Source: Christensenellaceae bacterium Phil1 (GTDB taxonomy: Bacteria > Bacillota > Clostridia > Christensenellales > CAG-138). From it: a stretch of 64,000 nucleotides of DNA. The DNA is taken from positions 33,754 to 97,753 of the forward strand of contig MSGS01000026.1 in NCBI GenBank assembly GCA_001940855.1, given 5' to 3'. The notes under the pieces were generated by a model that saw only the letters and a program-made list of their open reading frames with translations, was not told the DNA's origin and searched no databases. Made by a program: the position numbers and the translations under genes. Positions 38,210 to 46,731 of the stretch are shown piece by piece. Position 1 is the first letter of the stretch. The number at the start of each line of letters is the position of its first letter.

Positions 38210-39775
38210 ATGGACGAAAAGATAAAGCGCGAGGAAATGAGCGACATAGACGCCATGAACGCCATGGAAGAAATAGACCGCATAAGCACGGGCGAAGGCG
38301 CGGACGAGCTGAACGGAGTATGGAGCAGTGCGGGACCGCGCGGAATATCGGACGGAGTGATGAACAGCATGGAACAGATACCGCCCGATGAATTTGAGCA
38401 GGGGCAGCCGGCAGAGCCCATGCGAGAGCGGCGCGGAGCCGGGGGCGGAATATGGCGCGCGGTAGGGCGCATAGGCGTGCCGGTGCTGATGGCGGTTGCG
38501 CTGGCGGCAACAGCCGTGTGGGGAGACGGGCAAAGGGCCCTTGCCGAAGGATATAAGCAGAGCAGCGAAAACATGTACCGCCGGGCATTCACGGAGCTGT
38601 GCGACGACATGAGCAATATGCAGACCGCGCTCGGCAAGCTGCGCGTGGCGGGCAGCGGCGGGCAATATATGCTGCTGCTTGACGATATATGGCGGCTTTC
38701 CGGTTCCTGCGTGAGCCTTATGAGCCAGATACCGTCGTCCCACATAGATACGGCGGAGCTGAACAGCTTTGTTGTGCGCATAGGGGATTACGCCCGCGCG
38801 CTGAGCAAAAAGGCGCTCAATGACGAGGAGCGCACCGCGGAGGACGAGGAGCAGCTTACCGCGCTTTACGATTCCTGCGCAAGGATAAGCCGCGAGCTGA
38901 ACGACCGCCTGAGCATAGGCGACGTACCCACTGCCGCCGTGACCAACGAAGGCTATTACGAAAGCGCATATGCGGACGAGGTTAAGCAGAGCGACGATAT
39001 AGACAAATTCCCAACCCTTATTTACGACGGGCCCTTCAGCGAAAGCAGCGAAAAGCGCGAAGCAAAGGGACTGGGCACGGATGAAGTTGACAGGGAAACG
39101 GCGCGGGCGACCGCGGAAAAGCTGACCGGAACGGACCGCATGGAGGACGCGGGGGAGACGGAAGGCACCATAGCAAGCTGGGACTTTACCGCGACCGATG
39201 AACAGGGGCGCGAAACGGGAATATCCATAGCCAAGCGCGGGGGGAAGATAGTTTGGTTCATGGGCAGCGCGGCGGGCGGCGAAAACCAAATGCCGGACGA
39301 GGCCACGCGGGAGCGCATGAAGCAGGCCGCGCTTGAATGGCTGGGCAAGGCGGGGTTCGACAATATGCGCGCAACATACGCGCAGTATTATTCCGGCGCG
39401 GGGGTGATAAACTTTGCCGCGACCAAGGACGACATAATACTTTACAACGACCTTGTGAAGGTTTGGGTGGACATTGAAACGAATGAAGTTATAGGCGCGG
39501 ACGCGCGGAACTATCTTTTCAGCCATACGGAAAGGGAAATGCCAACCCCTTCGGTAAGCCCCGAAGAAGCGGAGGCGAAGGTGAGCGTTAATCTTGAAAT
39601 AGAATCAAGAGAGCTTGCGCTTATTCCCATCACCGTTGAGACGGAGCGGCTGTGCTACGAGTTCAAGGGCCGCTGCGGGGAGGACGAATATATTGTTTAT
39701 ATAGACGCGCAAACGGGAGCCGAGCAGCAGATATTCGTTATTATAAACACCGAAAACGGGCAGCTTACGGCCTGA
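38210..39775 (+). CDS. ypeB: Germination protein YpeB
   Basis: Lies immediately downstream of sleB. About 521 aa with an N-terminal TM segment and C-terminal PepSY-like repeats. SD AAGGAGGGG lies upstream of the ATG at 38210. Confidence 0.8.
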   Translation: MDEKIKREEMSDIDAMNAMEEIDRISTGEGADELNGVWSSAGPRGISDGVMNSMEQIPPDEFEQGQPAEPMRERRGAGGGIWRAVGRIGVPVLMAVALAATAVWGDGQRALAEGYKQSSENMYRRAFTELCDDMSNMQTALGKLRVAGSGGQYMLLLDDIWRLSGSCVSLMSQIPSSHIDTAELNSFVVRIGDYARALSKKALNDEERTAEDEEQLTALYDSCARISRELNDRLSIGDVPTAAVTNEGYYESAYADEVKQSDDIDKFPTLIYDGPFSESSEKREAKGLGTDEVDRETARATAEKLTGTDRMEDAGETEGTIASWDFTATDEQGRETGISIAKRGGKIVWFMGSAAGGENQMPDEATRERMKQAALEWLGKAGFDNMRATYAQYYSGAGVINFAATKDDIILYNDLVKVWVDIETNEVIGADARNYLFSHTEREMPTPSVSPEEAEAKVSVNLEIESRELALIPITVETERLCYEFKGRCGEDEYIVYIDAQTGAEQQIFVIINTENGQLTA

Positions 39776-39885
39776 TTTTGGCACAAAAAGCAAAAAACCG
39801 AAAAATTGAGGGACTTTTATCGCTAAGCATTGACAACGGGCGAAAGGCAGTTAAAATATAGAAAACTGCCGCGGGAGAAACGCAC

Positions 39886-40467
39886 ATGTTCAACGCTTAC
39901 GCCCAAGTTACCGCCGCATTAGACCGCGCCGTTACGGGACTGCCCGCCGGGCGGTCTAAAGCCGTTTATGCAAAAAACTGCCATGCTATAGTCCCCTGCA
40001 CGGATGAAGCATACGCAAATGATATTGCCGCGCGCTGCCGCGAAGCCGTGGGCTGCACGGCGAACATAAACGGAAAAAGCATAGCCGTATCGCTTGACGC
40101 GGATACGCTTGCTTCGCTTTTGCGAAAAGCCATGGCGGGCGCGGAGCAGAGCGAGCGTGAGCCGGACGGCGATACGGACGAAGGCTATGCCGAGCTGAAG
40201 CTTATGACCCTTGCGCGCAAAGGGGACAGGGGGCTTTGTGATACGGACGGCATAAAGCGTGCGGCGTGGCTGCTTATGGGCGTCACGGCATATCCGCAGG
40301 ATGCCAAACGTACAGCGGCACGCATGAAGGAAGCGGCGCTTGCCGTTCGTGAGATGCTCAAGGATATCCCGACCAAGGAGCGGGAGAGCATACGCCGCGA
40401 ATGCGGGCTTATAGGCATGGCCGGCAGCGCGCTGATGAGCGCGGGCAGGAAGATAATAGGTTTATAA
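39886..40467 (+). CDS. Hypothetical protein
   Basis: 193-aa ORF with its own promoter-like TTGACA-N16-TAAAAT (about 39830..39857). No family recognised. Confidence 0.5.
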   Translation: MFNAYAQVTAALDRAVTGLPAGRSKAVYAKNCHAIVPCTDEAYANDIAARCREAVGCTANINGKSIAVSLDADTLASLLRKAMAGAEQSEREPDGDTDEGYAELKLMTLARKGDRGLCDTDGIKRAAWLLMGVTAYPQDAKRTAARMKEAALAVREMLKDIPTKERESIRRECGLIGMAGSALMSAGRKIIGL

Positions 40468-40500
40468 TAAGAGATATAAGAAACAAGGAGGATGGGGGAA

Positions 40501-41139
40501 ATGACCATTCAATGGCTGGGACACAGCTGCTTTTTGATGACTACGGACAAGGGAACGCGCATACTTTGCGACCCGTGCGACGCGGCTACGGGCTACGAAA
40601 TTGCGCCGCAGGAATGCGACATATTGACAATAAGCCACGATCATCACGACCATAATTACGCCGCGCTTGCGCTGGGCAACCCCGTAAGGATAGACAAAAG
40701 CGGGGAATACAGGGCGGACGACGTGCGCATAAGCGGCATAAGCACATATCACGACCACGACGGCGGCAAAAAGCGCGGCAATAACATAGTTTTCGTATTT
40801 GAATTTGACGGCATGCGCATAGCCCACATGGGCGATATAGGCGAGGAAGCCACAATGGCACGCATGGGCAAAATAGACGTTATGCTCATACCCGTGGGCG
40901 GAGTATATACGATAGACGGCGAAGAGGCGGAAACAATAGTTGAAGCGATAAAGCCGAAGGTGGTAATACCCATGCACTATAAAACCCCCGCGCTTAAATT
41001 TGAACTGAACGAGCTTGGCGAGTGCATAAAGCTGATAAAAAACAGGCCCGTGCATTACATGCGCAGCAGCACCGCGCACCTGAGCGCCGATACGCTGGGG
41101 AGCGACAGGGTGATAGTGCTGGACTACTCAAAGGAATAA
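40501..41139 (+). CDS. MBL-fold metallo-hydrolase (UPF0173-like)
   Basis: MTIQWLGHSCFLMTTDKGTRILCDP and the ISHDHHDHN metal motif. SD AAGGAGG lies 9 nt upstream of the ATG at 40501. Confidence 0.85.
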   Translation: MTIQWLGHSCFLMTTDKGTRILCDPCDAATGYEIAPQECDILTISHDHHDHNYAALALGNPVRIDKSGEYRADDVRISGISTYHDHDGGKKRGNNIVFVFEFDGMRIAHMGDIGEEATMARMGKIDVMLIPVGGVYTIDGEEAETIVEAIKPKVVIPMHYKTPALKFELNELGECIKLIKNRPVHYMRSSTAHLSADTLGSDRVIVLDYSKE

Positions 41140-41141
41140 AT

Positions 41142-43064
41142 ATGGAAGGAAGATCATTCGCCGCGCACGATTCGCGGCAGCTTAGGCACCGCCGCCCCTT
41201 CGGCGCGGTAACGGAAGGCGAAAGGATAACGCTGAATATAGACTGCGGCGGGGGCGTGCGCAATGCAAAGCTTAGAATATGGATGGAAGGGCGCGAGCGC
41301 ATAGAGCACGGCGTGCGCACGGACGCGGGCTTCAGCTTCACTTTTTACGCGGGCACAAGCGGGCTTGAATGGTATTACTTCCTGCTGGATACGGACGAAG
41401 GCGGCTACATACTGGGGAGCGATTCCCCGCTTGGCTGCGGCGGCAGCCGAATATTCACGCACGATCCGAACTCCTGGCAGATAACTGTATACGAGCGGGA
41501 ATTTGAAACGCCCAAGGCCGCGGAGGGTGCGACGGCGTACCAGATTTTCCCAGACAGGTTCAATAGAATAGGCCGTGGCGGCCTTGCGCGCACCGAACGG
41601 CGGGAAGAACTCGGCTGGACTACCGTGAAACACGAGGACTGGAACGAGGAAGTGCTTTGGACGCCCTTGCCCGGGCAGAAGGATTACGACCCGTGCGACT
41701 TTTACGGCGGGGACTTTGAAGGGATAGAGGCAAAGCTTGACTACCTGCAAAGCATAGGCGTTACGCTGATATATATGAACCCCGTGTTCGAGGCGCAGTC
41801 CAACCACCGCTACAACACCGGCGATTATCACCGCGCGGACGATATGCTGGGCGGGGAGGAAGGGCTGAAAAAGCTCATCCGCGCGGCAAGGGCGCGGGGG
41901 ATTGGCATTATGCTGGACGGCGTATTCTCCCACACGGGGGACGAAAGCGTGTATTTCAACCGCAAGGGGAATTACCCGGGGCTGGGCGCGTATCAGGGCG
42001 AGGGCTCGGCATACTATGATTGGTACGAGTTCAGCCGTTTTCCCGATAAATACGGCTGCTGGTGGGGCTTTAAGTCGCTGCCGGAGGTAAAGGAGACCAA
42101 CCGCGGCTATATGGCGTTCGTCGCGGGGGTGATAGACCATTATGCAAAGCTTGGCATAGAAAGCTGGCGGCTGGACGTGGCGGACGAGCTGCCGGATGAA
42201 TTCATTGCCTTCCTGAGGCGGGAGCTGAAGGCGCGGGCGAAGGACGGCATACTGATAGGCGAGGTTTGGGAGGACGCAAGCACCAAGCAGGGCGGCTGCG
42301 GGAGACGAAAATATACCGACGGGCGGGAGCTTGACGGCGTTATGAACTACGTTTTTGCGGACGCGGTAATTTCCTTCCTTACGGGGAAGCAGGATGCAGA
42401 GGCACTTTGCCTTGCGCTTACGGCGCTTAGGCAGAATTATCCCAAGGCGTTCTATGATTCCTGCCTGACCATGCTTTCAAGCCACGATACGGTAAGGCTG
42501 CTTACGGTGCTTGCCGGCGCGCCGGACAGGCGCAGCGTATCGCGGGAGGTGCAGGCGCACTTCGTGCCGGAGGAAAGCAGGCTTAATACGGCGAAAAAGC
42601 TTATGACGCTCGCGCAGCTTATTCAGCTTACCCACCCTGGCATACCGTGCATATATTACGGGGACGAGGCCGGCATGCAGGGCATGGCGGACCCGTTCAG
42701 CAGGCGGACTTATCCCTGGGGCAGCGAGGATGCGGAAATACAGGGCCGCTTTATGGCGATAGCTTCCGCGCGGAAGGGCAGCCGCGCAATACGATATGGA
42801 AAGTGCGTATTCGCCGCGAAGGATAAAGACGTGTTCATGATAGCCCGCTATTACGGCGACGAGACAGCCGTAAGCATAGTAAACCGGAGCGGTGAGGTAA
42901 AGCGGGTTGCCGTAAGCGCGGCCGATTTTACCCAAGGGCCGGACGCGGACGGGCTGAAAATGCCAAACAGCATGACAGACGCGCTTACAGACAGGCGGTA
43001 TGAAAGCGAAAACGGCACGCTAAACATTGAATTGGGGCCATATTGCGGGGCGTTATTGAAATAA
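41142..43064 (+). CDS. GH13 alpha-amylase-family glycosidase (neopullulanase/cyclomaltodextrinase-like)
   Basis: The four conserved GH13 regions are present: DGVFSHTG, WRLDVADEL, GEVWED, LSSHDT. Confidence 0.9.
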   Translation: MEGRSFAAHDSRQLRHRRPFGAVTEGERITLNIDCGGGVRNAKLRIWMEGRERIEHGVRTDAGFSFTFYAGTSGLEWYYFLLDTDEGGYILGSDSPLGCGGSRIFTHDPNSWQITVYEREFETPKAAEGATAYQIFPDRFNRIGRGGLARTERREELGWTTVKHEDWNEEVLWTPLPGQKDYDPCDFYGGDFEGIEAKLDYLQSIGVTLIYMNPVFEAQSNHRYNTGDYHRADDMLGGEEGLKKLIRAARARGIGIMLDGVFSHTGDESVYFNRKGNYPGLGAYQGEGSAYYDWYEFSRFPDKYGCWWGFKSLPEVKETNRGYMAFVAGVIDHYAKLGIESWRLDVADELPDEFIAFLRRELKARAKDGILIGEVWEDASTKQGGCGRRKYTDGRELDGVMNYVFADAVISFLTGKQDAEALCLALTALRQNYPKAFYDSCLTMLSSHDTVRLLTVLAGAPDRRSVSREVQAHFVPEESRLNTAKKLMTLAQLIQLTHPGIPCIYYGDEAGMQGMADPFSRRTYPWGSEDAEIQGRFMAIASARKGSRAIRYGKCVFAAKDKDVFMIARYYGDETAVSIVNRSGEVKRVAVSAADFTQGPDADGLKMPNSMTDALTDRRYESENGTLNIELGPYCGALLK

Positions 43065-43146
43065 TCCCAGCAATATGGTAGAATATAGCCACGAAAAGAA
43101 ACGCACCGTAAGGGGCGAAGAATATTACAACGGAGGATTAACAAAA

Positions 43147-43344
43147 ATGATCGAAAAGACCATGACAATCGAACAGATACTGCGCACGGATGCGGGGCTG
43201 GCGGACATACTGCTTTCAAGCGGCATGCATTGCCTTGGCTGCGTAATGGCGAGCGGCGAAAATTTGGAGCAGGCCTGCGCGGTGCACGGCATAGATGCGG
43301 ACAAACTGACTAAGCAGCTCAATGACTACCTTGCCAACAAATAA
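43147..43344 (+). CDS. DUF1858 domain protein (hybrid-cluster-protein-associated redox disulfide family)
   Basis: MTIEQILRTDAGLADILLSSGMHCLGCVMASGENLEQACAVHGIDADKL is typical of the family. SD GGAGG lies 10 nt upstream. Confidence 0.75.
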   Translation: MIEKTMTIEQILRTDAGLADILLSSGMHCLGCVMASGENLEQACAVHGIDADKLTKQLNDYLANK

Positions 43345-43831
43345 TTCCCGCGCGGTGCTGTTAAAGCTTGTGAGGGGGGCTGCGGTTGCAGCCCTTTATG
43401 CATTGTTCACGCTTGCAATCGCGCCCATAAGCAGCGGGCTTATGCAGCTTAGGCTGTCCGAAGGGCTGTGCGTGCTGCCGTATTTCGCGCCGGAGATGGC
43501 AATTGGCCTTTTCGTGGGCTGTGCGGCGGCGAATATGCTCACCGGGGCAATGTGGTTCGATGTTGTGTTCGGCAGCCTTGCAACGCTCATCGCCGCGCTT
43601 ATCACGGCATATATGGGCAAAAGGGGCATGAGCAAATGGCTTGCGCCGCTGCCGGCGGTTGTTATGAACGCGCTTGTTGTGGGCGCGGTGCTGTGCTACG
43701 GCTATCAGGTAGGTGTAAGCTATCCGGTCTGCGCGCTGTATGTAGGCGCGGGGGAGGCCATAAGCTGCTACGCGGTGGGCATGCCGCTTTTGGCCGCATT
43801 AAATCCGATAAAAAAACGCCTGTTCGGCTGA
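43322..43831 (+). CDS. queT: QueT-type queuosine-precursor ECF transporter S component
   Basis: 169 aa with 5 to 6 TM segments. AALYALFTLAIAPISSGLMQLRLSEGLCVLPYF resembles the QueT family. The start is uncertain: it overlaps the upstream gene by 23 nt and has no clear SD. Confidence 0.7.
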   Translation: MTTLPTNNSRAVLLKLVRGAAVAALYALFTLAIAPISSGLMQLRLSEGLCVLPYFAPEMAIGLFVGCAAANMLTGAMWFDVVFGSLATLIAALITAYMGKRGMSKWLAPLPAVVMNALVVGAVLCYGYQVGVSYPVCALYVGAGEAISCYAVGMPLLAALNPIKKRLFG

Positions 43832-43897
43832 GAAAAAGAAGGATTGGACTGCACTCTTTCTGCCCAAATTTAAGATAAAATTGCCTAAATTTTGCAC

Positions 43898-43926
43898 TTG
43901 CGCTGCACTTTTGGGCGGGTTATAAT
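43898..43926 (+). promoter_or_regulatory. Candidate promoter upstream of the phage-type late block
   Basis: TTGCGC (43898..43903), a 17-nt spacer, then TATAAT (43921..43926). Confidence 0.4.
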
Positions 43927-43983
43927 GTTTACGATGAAAGAATTGTCAAGGGGCGGCCCCCAAGGCGGTTCTTTTTTTATGCG

Positions 43984-44010
43984 AGCGTCCGGAAACGGGC
44001 GCTTTTTTTG
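43984..44010 (+). terminator. Intrinsic terminator inside the leader of the late block
   Basis: agcgtccg-gaaa-cgggcgct (one G.U pair) followed by TTTTTTT, 44 nt upstream of the ATG at 44054. A second T7 run lies at about 43971..43977. Confidence 0.6.
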
Positions 44011-44053
44011 TACCCAAAAACGTTTATACCCGAAACGGGAGAAAGGAGAAACC

Positions 44054-44665
44054 ATGAACGAAAAAACCACAAAGCCCGCCGGACGGGAGGCGGTGAACGC
44101 GGCGCTCAGGCAGCTCATGAGCGAAGGCGTGGAGGTGAACACGGGCGGGGAAACGGAAGGAGAGGAGGAGATATCCCTTGCCGAAAAGGTGCGCGAAGCA
44201 TACGAGGGCAGCATAGAGTACAGGCTCGGCTGCCAGATAATGGACGGGCTTACGCAGGGCTATGCGCTGACAAGCGACGATGCGGAGGCCATGCTGACCG
44301 GCGAATACGCGCCCAAAAGCAGCGAAATTGTGGGCGCAAGGGCGGCGGAAACGCTAAAGCGCATGGAAAAGGAAGGCCGGCTTGCAAGGGGCATAGAAAG
44401 CTACCTTGCGGACGGCGAATTTCTGCAAATGCTGCGCCAAATGCCCGCGGAGCTTGCAATAAGGATAAAGGAGGCGGAATGGGCCGCGGAGGGCGCGAAG
44501 AACGCCCGCAGCGACGGCGAGCGCGACGCGATAGAGAAGCTAAAGGCCCGCCAGGCGCTGCCCACGCCCATGAGGACAATTATACCCGTGAGCGCGGAGC
44601 CGGACTTTTCAACCATGAGCAGTGAGGAATTTGCCCGCTTCAAGCGGCGCAGGTTCGGACAGTGA
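44054..44665 (+). CDS. Putative phage scaffolding protein
   Basis: 203 aa, acidic and helical. It lies directly upstream of the major capsid gene. SD GAAAGGAG lies upstream of the ATG at 44054. The track ORF starting at 43892 includes leader sequence. Confidence 0.5.
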   Translation: MNEKTTKPAGREAVNAALRQLMSEGVEVNTGGETEGEEEISLAEKVREAYEGSIEYRLGCQIMDGLTQGYALTSDDAEAMLTGEYAPKSSEIVGARAAETLKRMEKEGRLARGIESYLADGEFLQMLRQMPAELAIRIKEAEWAAEGAKNARSDGERDAIEKLKARQALPTPMRTIIPVSAEPDFSTMSSEEFARFKRRRFGQ

Positions 44666-44707
44666 ACAAAACAACAATAATGATGAAAAAGAAAGGAATA
44701 ACAAATT

Positions 44708-45892
44708 ATGAACACCACTAATTCAACCCTTAATACTACCGCCCTTAATAAGGACTATTACGACAGGCAGCTGCTTGAGGGCGCAAAGACCCGCTTTGTA
44801 TTCACCAAATACGGGCAGAAGCGCACCGTGCCGCTGAACAACGGCAAGCACGTTGAATTCCGCAGATGGAATCTTTTTGACGTGGATGACAATATGTGCG
44901 CCCTGGAGGAGGGCAAAACGCCCGAAGGCCAGTCCCTTTCCCAAAGCAGCGTGGAGGCCACCCTTGCGCAGTACGGCGCATATGTTGAGGTGAGCGACAT
45001 GCTGGAGGACACCGCGTACGATAAGGTTTTGAGCGACAGCGCGGAGCTTCTTGGCGAGCAGATAGGCACCGTTATGGAATGGGTAACGAGGGACGCCGTA
45101 TGCGGCGGCACAAACGTGCAGTACGTTGGCGGGAAAACCGCAAGGAACCAGATTGATTCGACCGATACCCTTACCGTGAACGAAATACGCAAGGCCGTGC
45201 GCACGCTTAAAAAGGCCAAGGCGCGTCCCTTTGCGGACGACGGGCGCAGGCCGCATTATATCTGCATTTGCTCTCCGGACGCGGTATATGATTTGCAGAA
45301 CGACAGCCTGTGGCAGGACGTTTCCAAATACAGCGGCGCGGAAAACATATATTCCGGCGAAATAGGCAGGCTGTTCGGCGTTGTTTTCGTTGAATCGACA
45401 GAGGCGAAGGTGGTTCGCCAGGCTATGCTGACAAAGCTTGTTTCCCACGAAGCCGGAAGCGACACCTTCACCGTTGCCGAAATGACCGACAGGGCTGCGG
45501 AAACGCTCATGCGCCTGAAAAAGGTGACCGTGGGCAGCGCAACATATAACCTGAAAAGCATTGATAAGGCGGCAAAGAGCATAACCCTTACGGTAAGCCT
45601 TTCAAACGCGCTTGCAAAGGACTCGATAGTATATACCACCGAGGCCGGCAAGCTGGACGCAAATAAGAAGGCGGCGGACGTACACATGAGCGTTATATTC
45701 GGCAGGGACGCATACGGGGTTATAGACCTTGAAAACGGCGCGCTTGAAAGCATAGTTAAGCCGCGCGGCAGCGCGGGCGCGGACGATCCGCTCGATCAGC
45801 GCGCAACGGTGGGCGCGAAGGTGACGGGCTTTGCGGCGGTTATATTGAACGAGCTTTGGATAGTGCGCATAGAGCACGGCGCGAGCGCCTAA
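44708..45892 (+). CDS. Major capsid protein, N4-gp56 family (HK97 fold)
   Basis: 394 aa. DYYDRQLLEGAKTRFVFTKYGQKRTVPLNNGKHVEFRRW...ATLAQYGAYVEVSD...ICSPDAVYDLQND matches what I recall of the TIGR04387-type capsid family. Confidence 0.8.
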   Translation: MNTTNSTLNTTALNKDYYDRQLLEGAKTRFVFTKYGQKRTVPLNNGKHVEFRRWNLFDVDDNMCALEEGKTPEGQSLSQSSVEATLAQYGAYVEVSDMLEDTAYDKVLSDSAELLGEQIGTVMEWVTRDAVCGGTNVQYVGGKTARNQIDSTDTLTVNEIRKAVRTLKKAKARPFADDGRRPHYICICSPDAVYDLQNDSLWQDVSKYSGAENIYSGEIGRLFGVVFVESTEAKVVRQAMLTKLVSHEAGSDTFTVAEMTDRAAETLMRLKKVTVGSATYNLKSIDKAAKSITLTVSLSNALAKDSIVYTTEAGKLDANKKAADVHMSVIFGRDAYGVIDLENGALESIVKPRGSAGADDPLDQRATVGAKVTGFAAVILNELWIVRIEHGASA

Positions 45893-45915
45893 GCAAAAAG
45901 AAAGGAGCAAGCAGG

Positions 45916-46167
45916 ATGAACGCGGCGGAGGATATGCGCATTGACGCGCAGGAGCAGACGGAGATAATGCTGCCGCTTTTCCCGGGGGTAGAGGACTACC
46001 CCTGGGAGGGCGGGGTGAACGGCACGTTTTACAGGATAAAGCGCGGAATAAAGGTGAAGGTGCCCAAAAACGTGGCGGAGCTGATAGAGGAAAGCGAAAT
46101 GCTGCGCGAACAGAGCAGGAACGAAACACTTGCATACCGGCGCGGCATGGGCAAAAGGCTTGGGTAA
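45916..46167 (+). CDS. Hypothetical phage protein
   Basis: 83 aa with SD AAAGGAG upstream. It sits between the capsid and adaptor-like genes. Confidence 0.5.
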   Translation: MNAAEDMRIDAQEQTEIMLPLFPGVEDYPWEGGVNGTFYRIKRGIKVKVPKNVAELIEESEMLREQSRNETLAYRRGMGKRLG

Positions 46168-46181
46168 AGGAGGGATAACAA

Positions 46182-46727
46182 ATGACGCTGAACGACATTA
46201 TAGTCAGCGCGCTTATACAGACAGGCCGCGGGCACGACGCGCAGACCATGGACACCTGGCGGGACAAGCTGACAGGCTTTGCAAACGACGCGATAATGGA
46301 CCTTGCGCTTACGGTGCGCCCGATACGCACGGAGAAGGCGGCGATAGCAAACGGCCGCATAGACTGCAACGCGCTTGAGCGCGAATGCATAAGGGTGATG
46401 AGCATACGCAAATGCGGGCGCGAGGCGGACTTTTACGCGGACGAACGCAGCGCGGGCGTTGTAAGGGTGAACGCGGACGACGGCGAGGCGGAGATAACAT
46501 ACCGCTTTATGCCGCGTATGCTCACGAACGCCACGGACGAACCGGAGCTGAACGAAGCGTGCCAGCAGCTTATAGTGACCTATGTTGTTGCGCGGGAGAG
46601 AGCATCGGGCGAAGTGAACACGCAGCGCGGCGGCAACATATATTTTCAGCTTTACGAAACCGGCAAGCAGAAGCTTAGGCCGCACATGGGCGGCAGGGAC
46701 GCGTATATGCTGAAGAACAGGTGGTGA
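46182..46727 (+). CDS. Putative head-to-tail adaptor (P22 gp4-position protein)
   Basis: 181 aa with SD AAAGGAGGG. Assigned from position and size only (P22 gp4 is 166 aa). Confidence 0.35.
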   Translation: MTLNDIIVSALIQTGRGHDAQTMDTWRDKLTGFANDAIMDLALTVRPIRTEKAAIANGRIDCNALERECIRVMSIRKCGREADFYADERSAGVVRVNADDGEAEITYRFMPRMLTNATDEPELNEACQQLIVTYVVARERASGEVNTQRGGNIYFQLYETGKQKLRPHMGGRDAYMLKNRW

Positions 46728-46731
46728 AGGC

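Noticed and set aside
43064-43330. I looked for a preQ1 riboswitch upstream of queT.
   Set aside because: queT overlaps the DUF1858 gene, so it has no free leader. The leader before DUF1858 (43064..43146) offers only a mismatched 6-bp stem with a 4-nt loop. It has no preQ1-I-like loop or A-rich pseudoknot tail.
44020-44053. Similarity between the sequence just upstream of the scaffold gene (ATACCCGAAACGGGAGAAAGGAGAAACCATG) and that upstream of the dnaC-like gene (CTATCCCGAAAAAGGAGAAGGACATG, 51212..51240) might have indicated att-like direct repeats.
   Set aside because: The match is short and dominated by the SD consensus, so it is not distinguishable from chance by eye.
43892-44053. The N-terminal extension of the track ORF 43892..44665 (MHLRCTFGRVIMFTMKEL...).
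   Set aside because: The extension spans the promoter-like region and the terminator hairpin and T-runs. The internal ATG at 44054 has a strong SD.
44008-44625. An alternative-frame 205-aa Arg/Gly-rich ORF inside the scaffold gene.
   Set aside because: It is a low-complexity shadow frame with no SD. The annotated frame gives a coherent acidic, helical protein.
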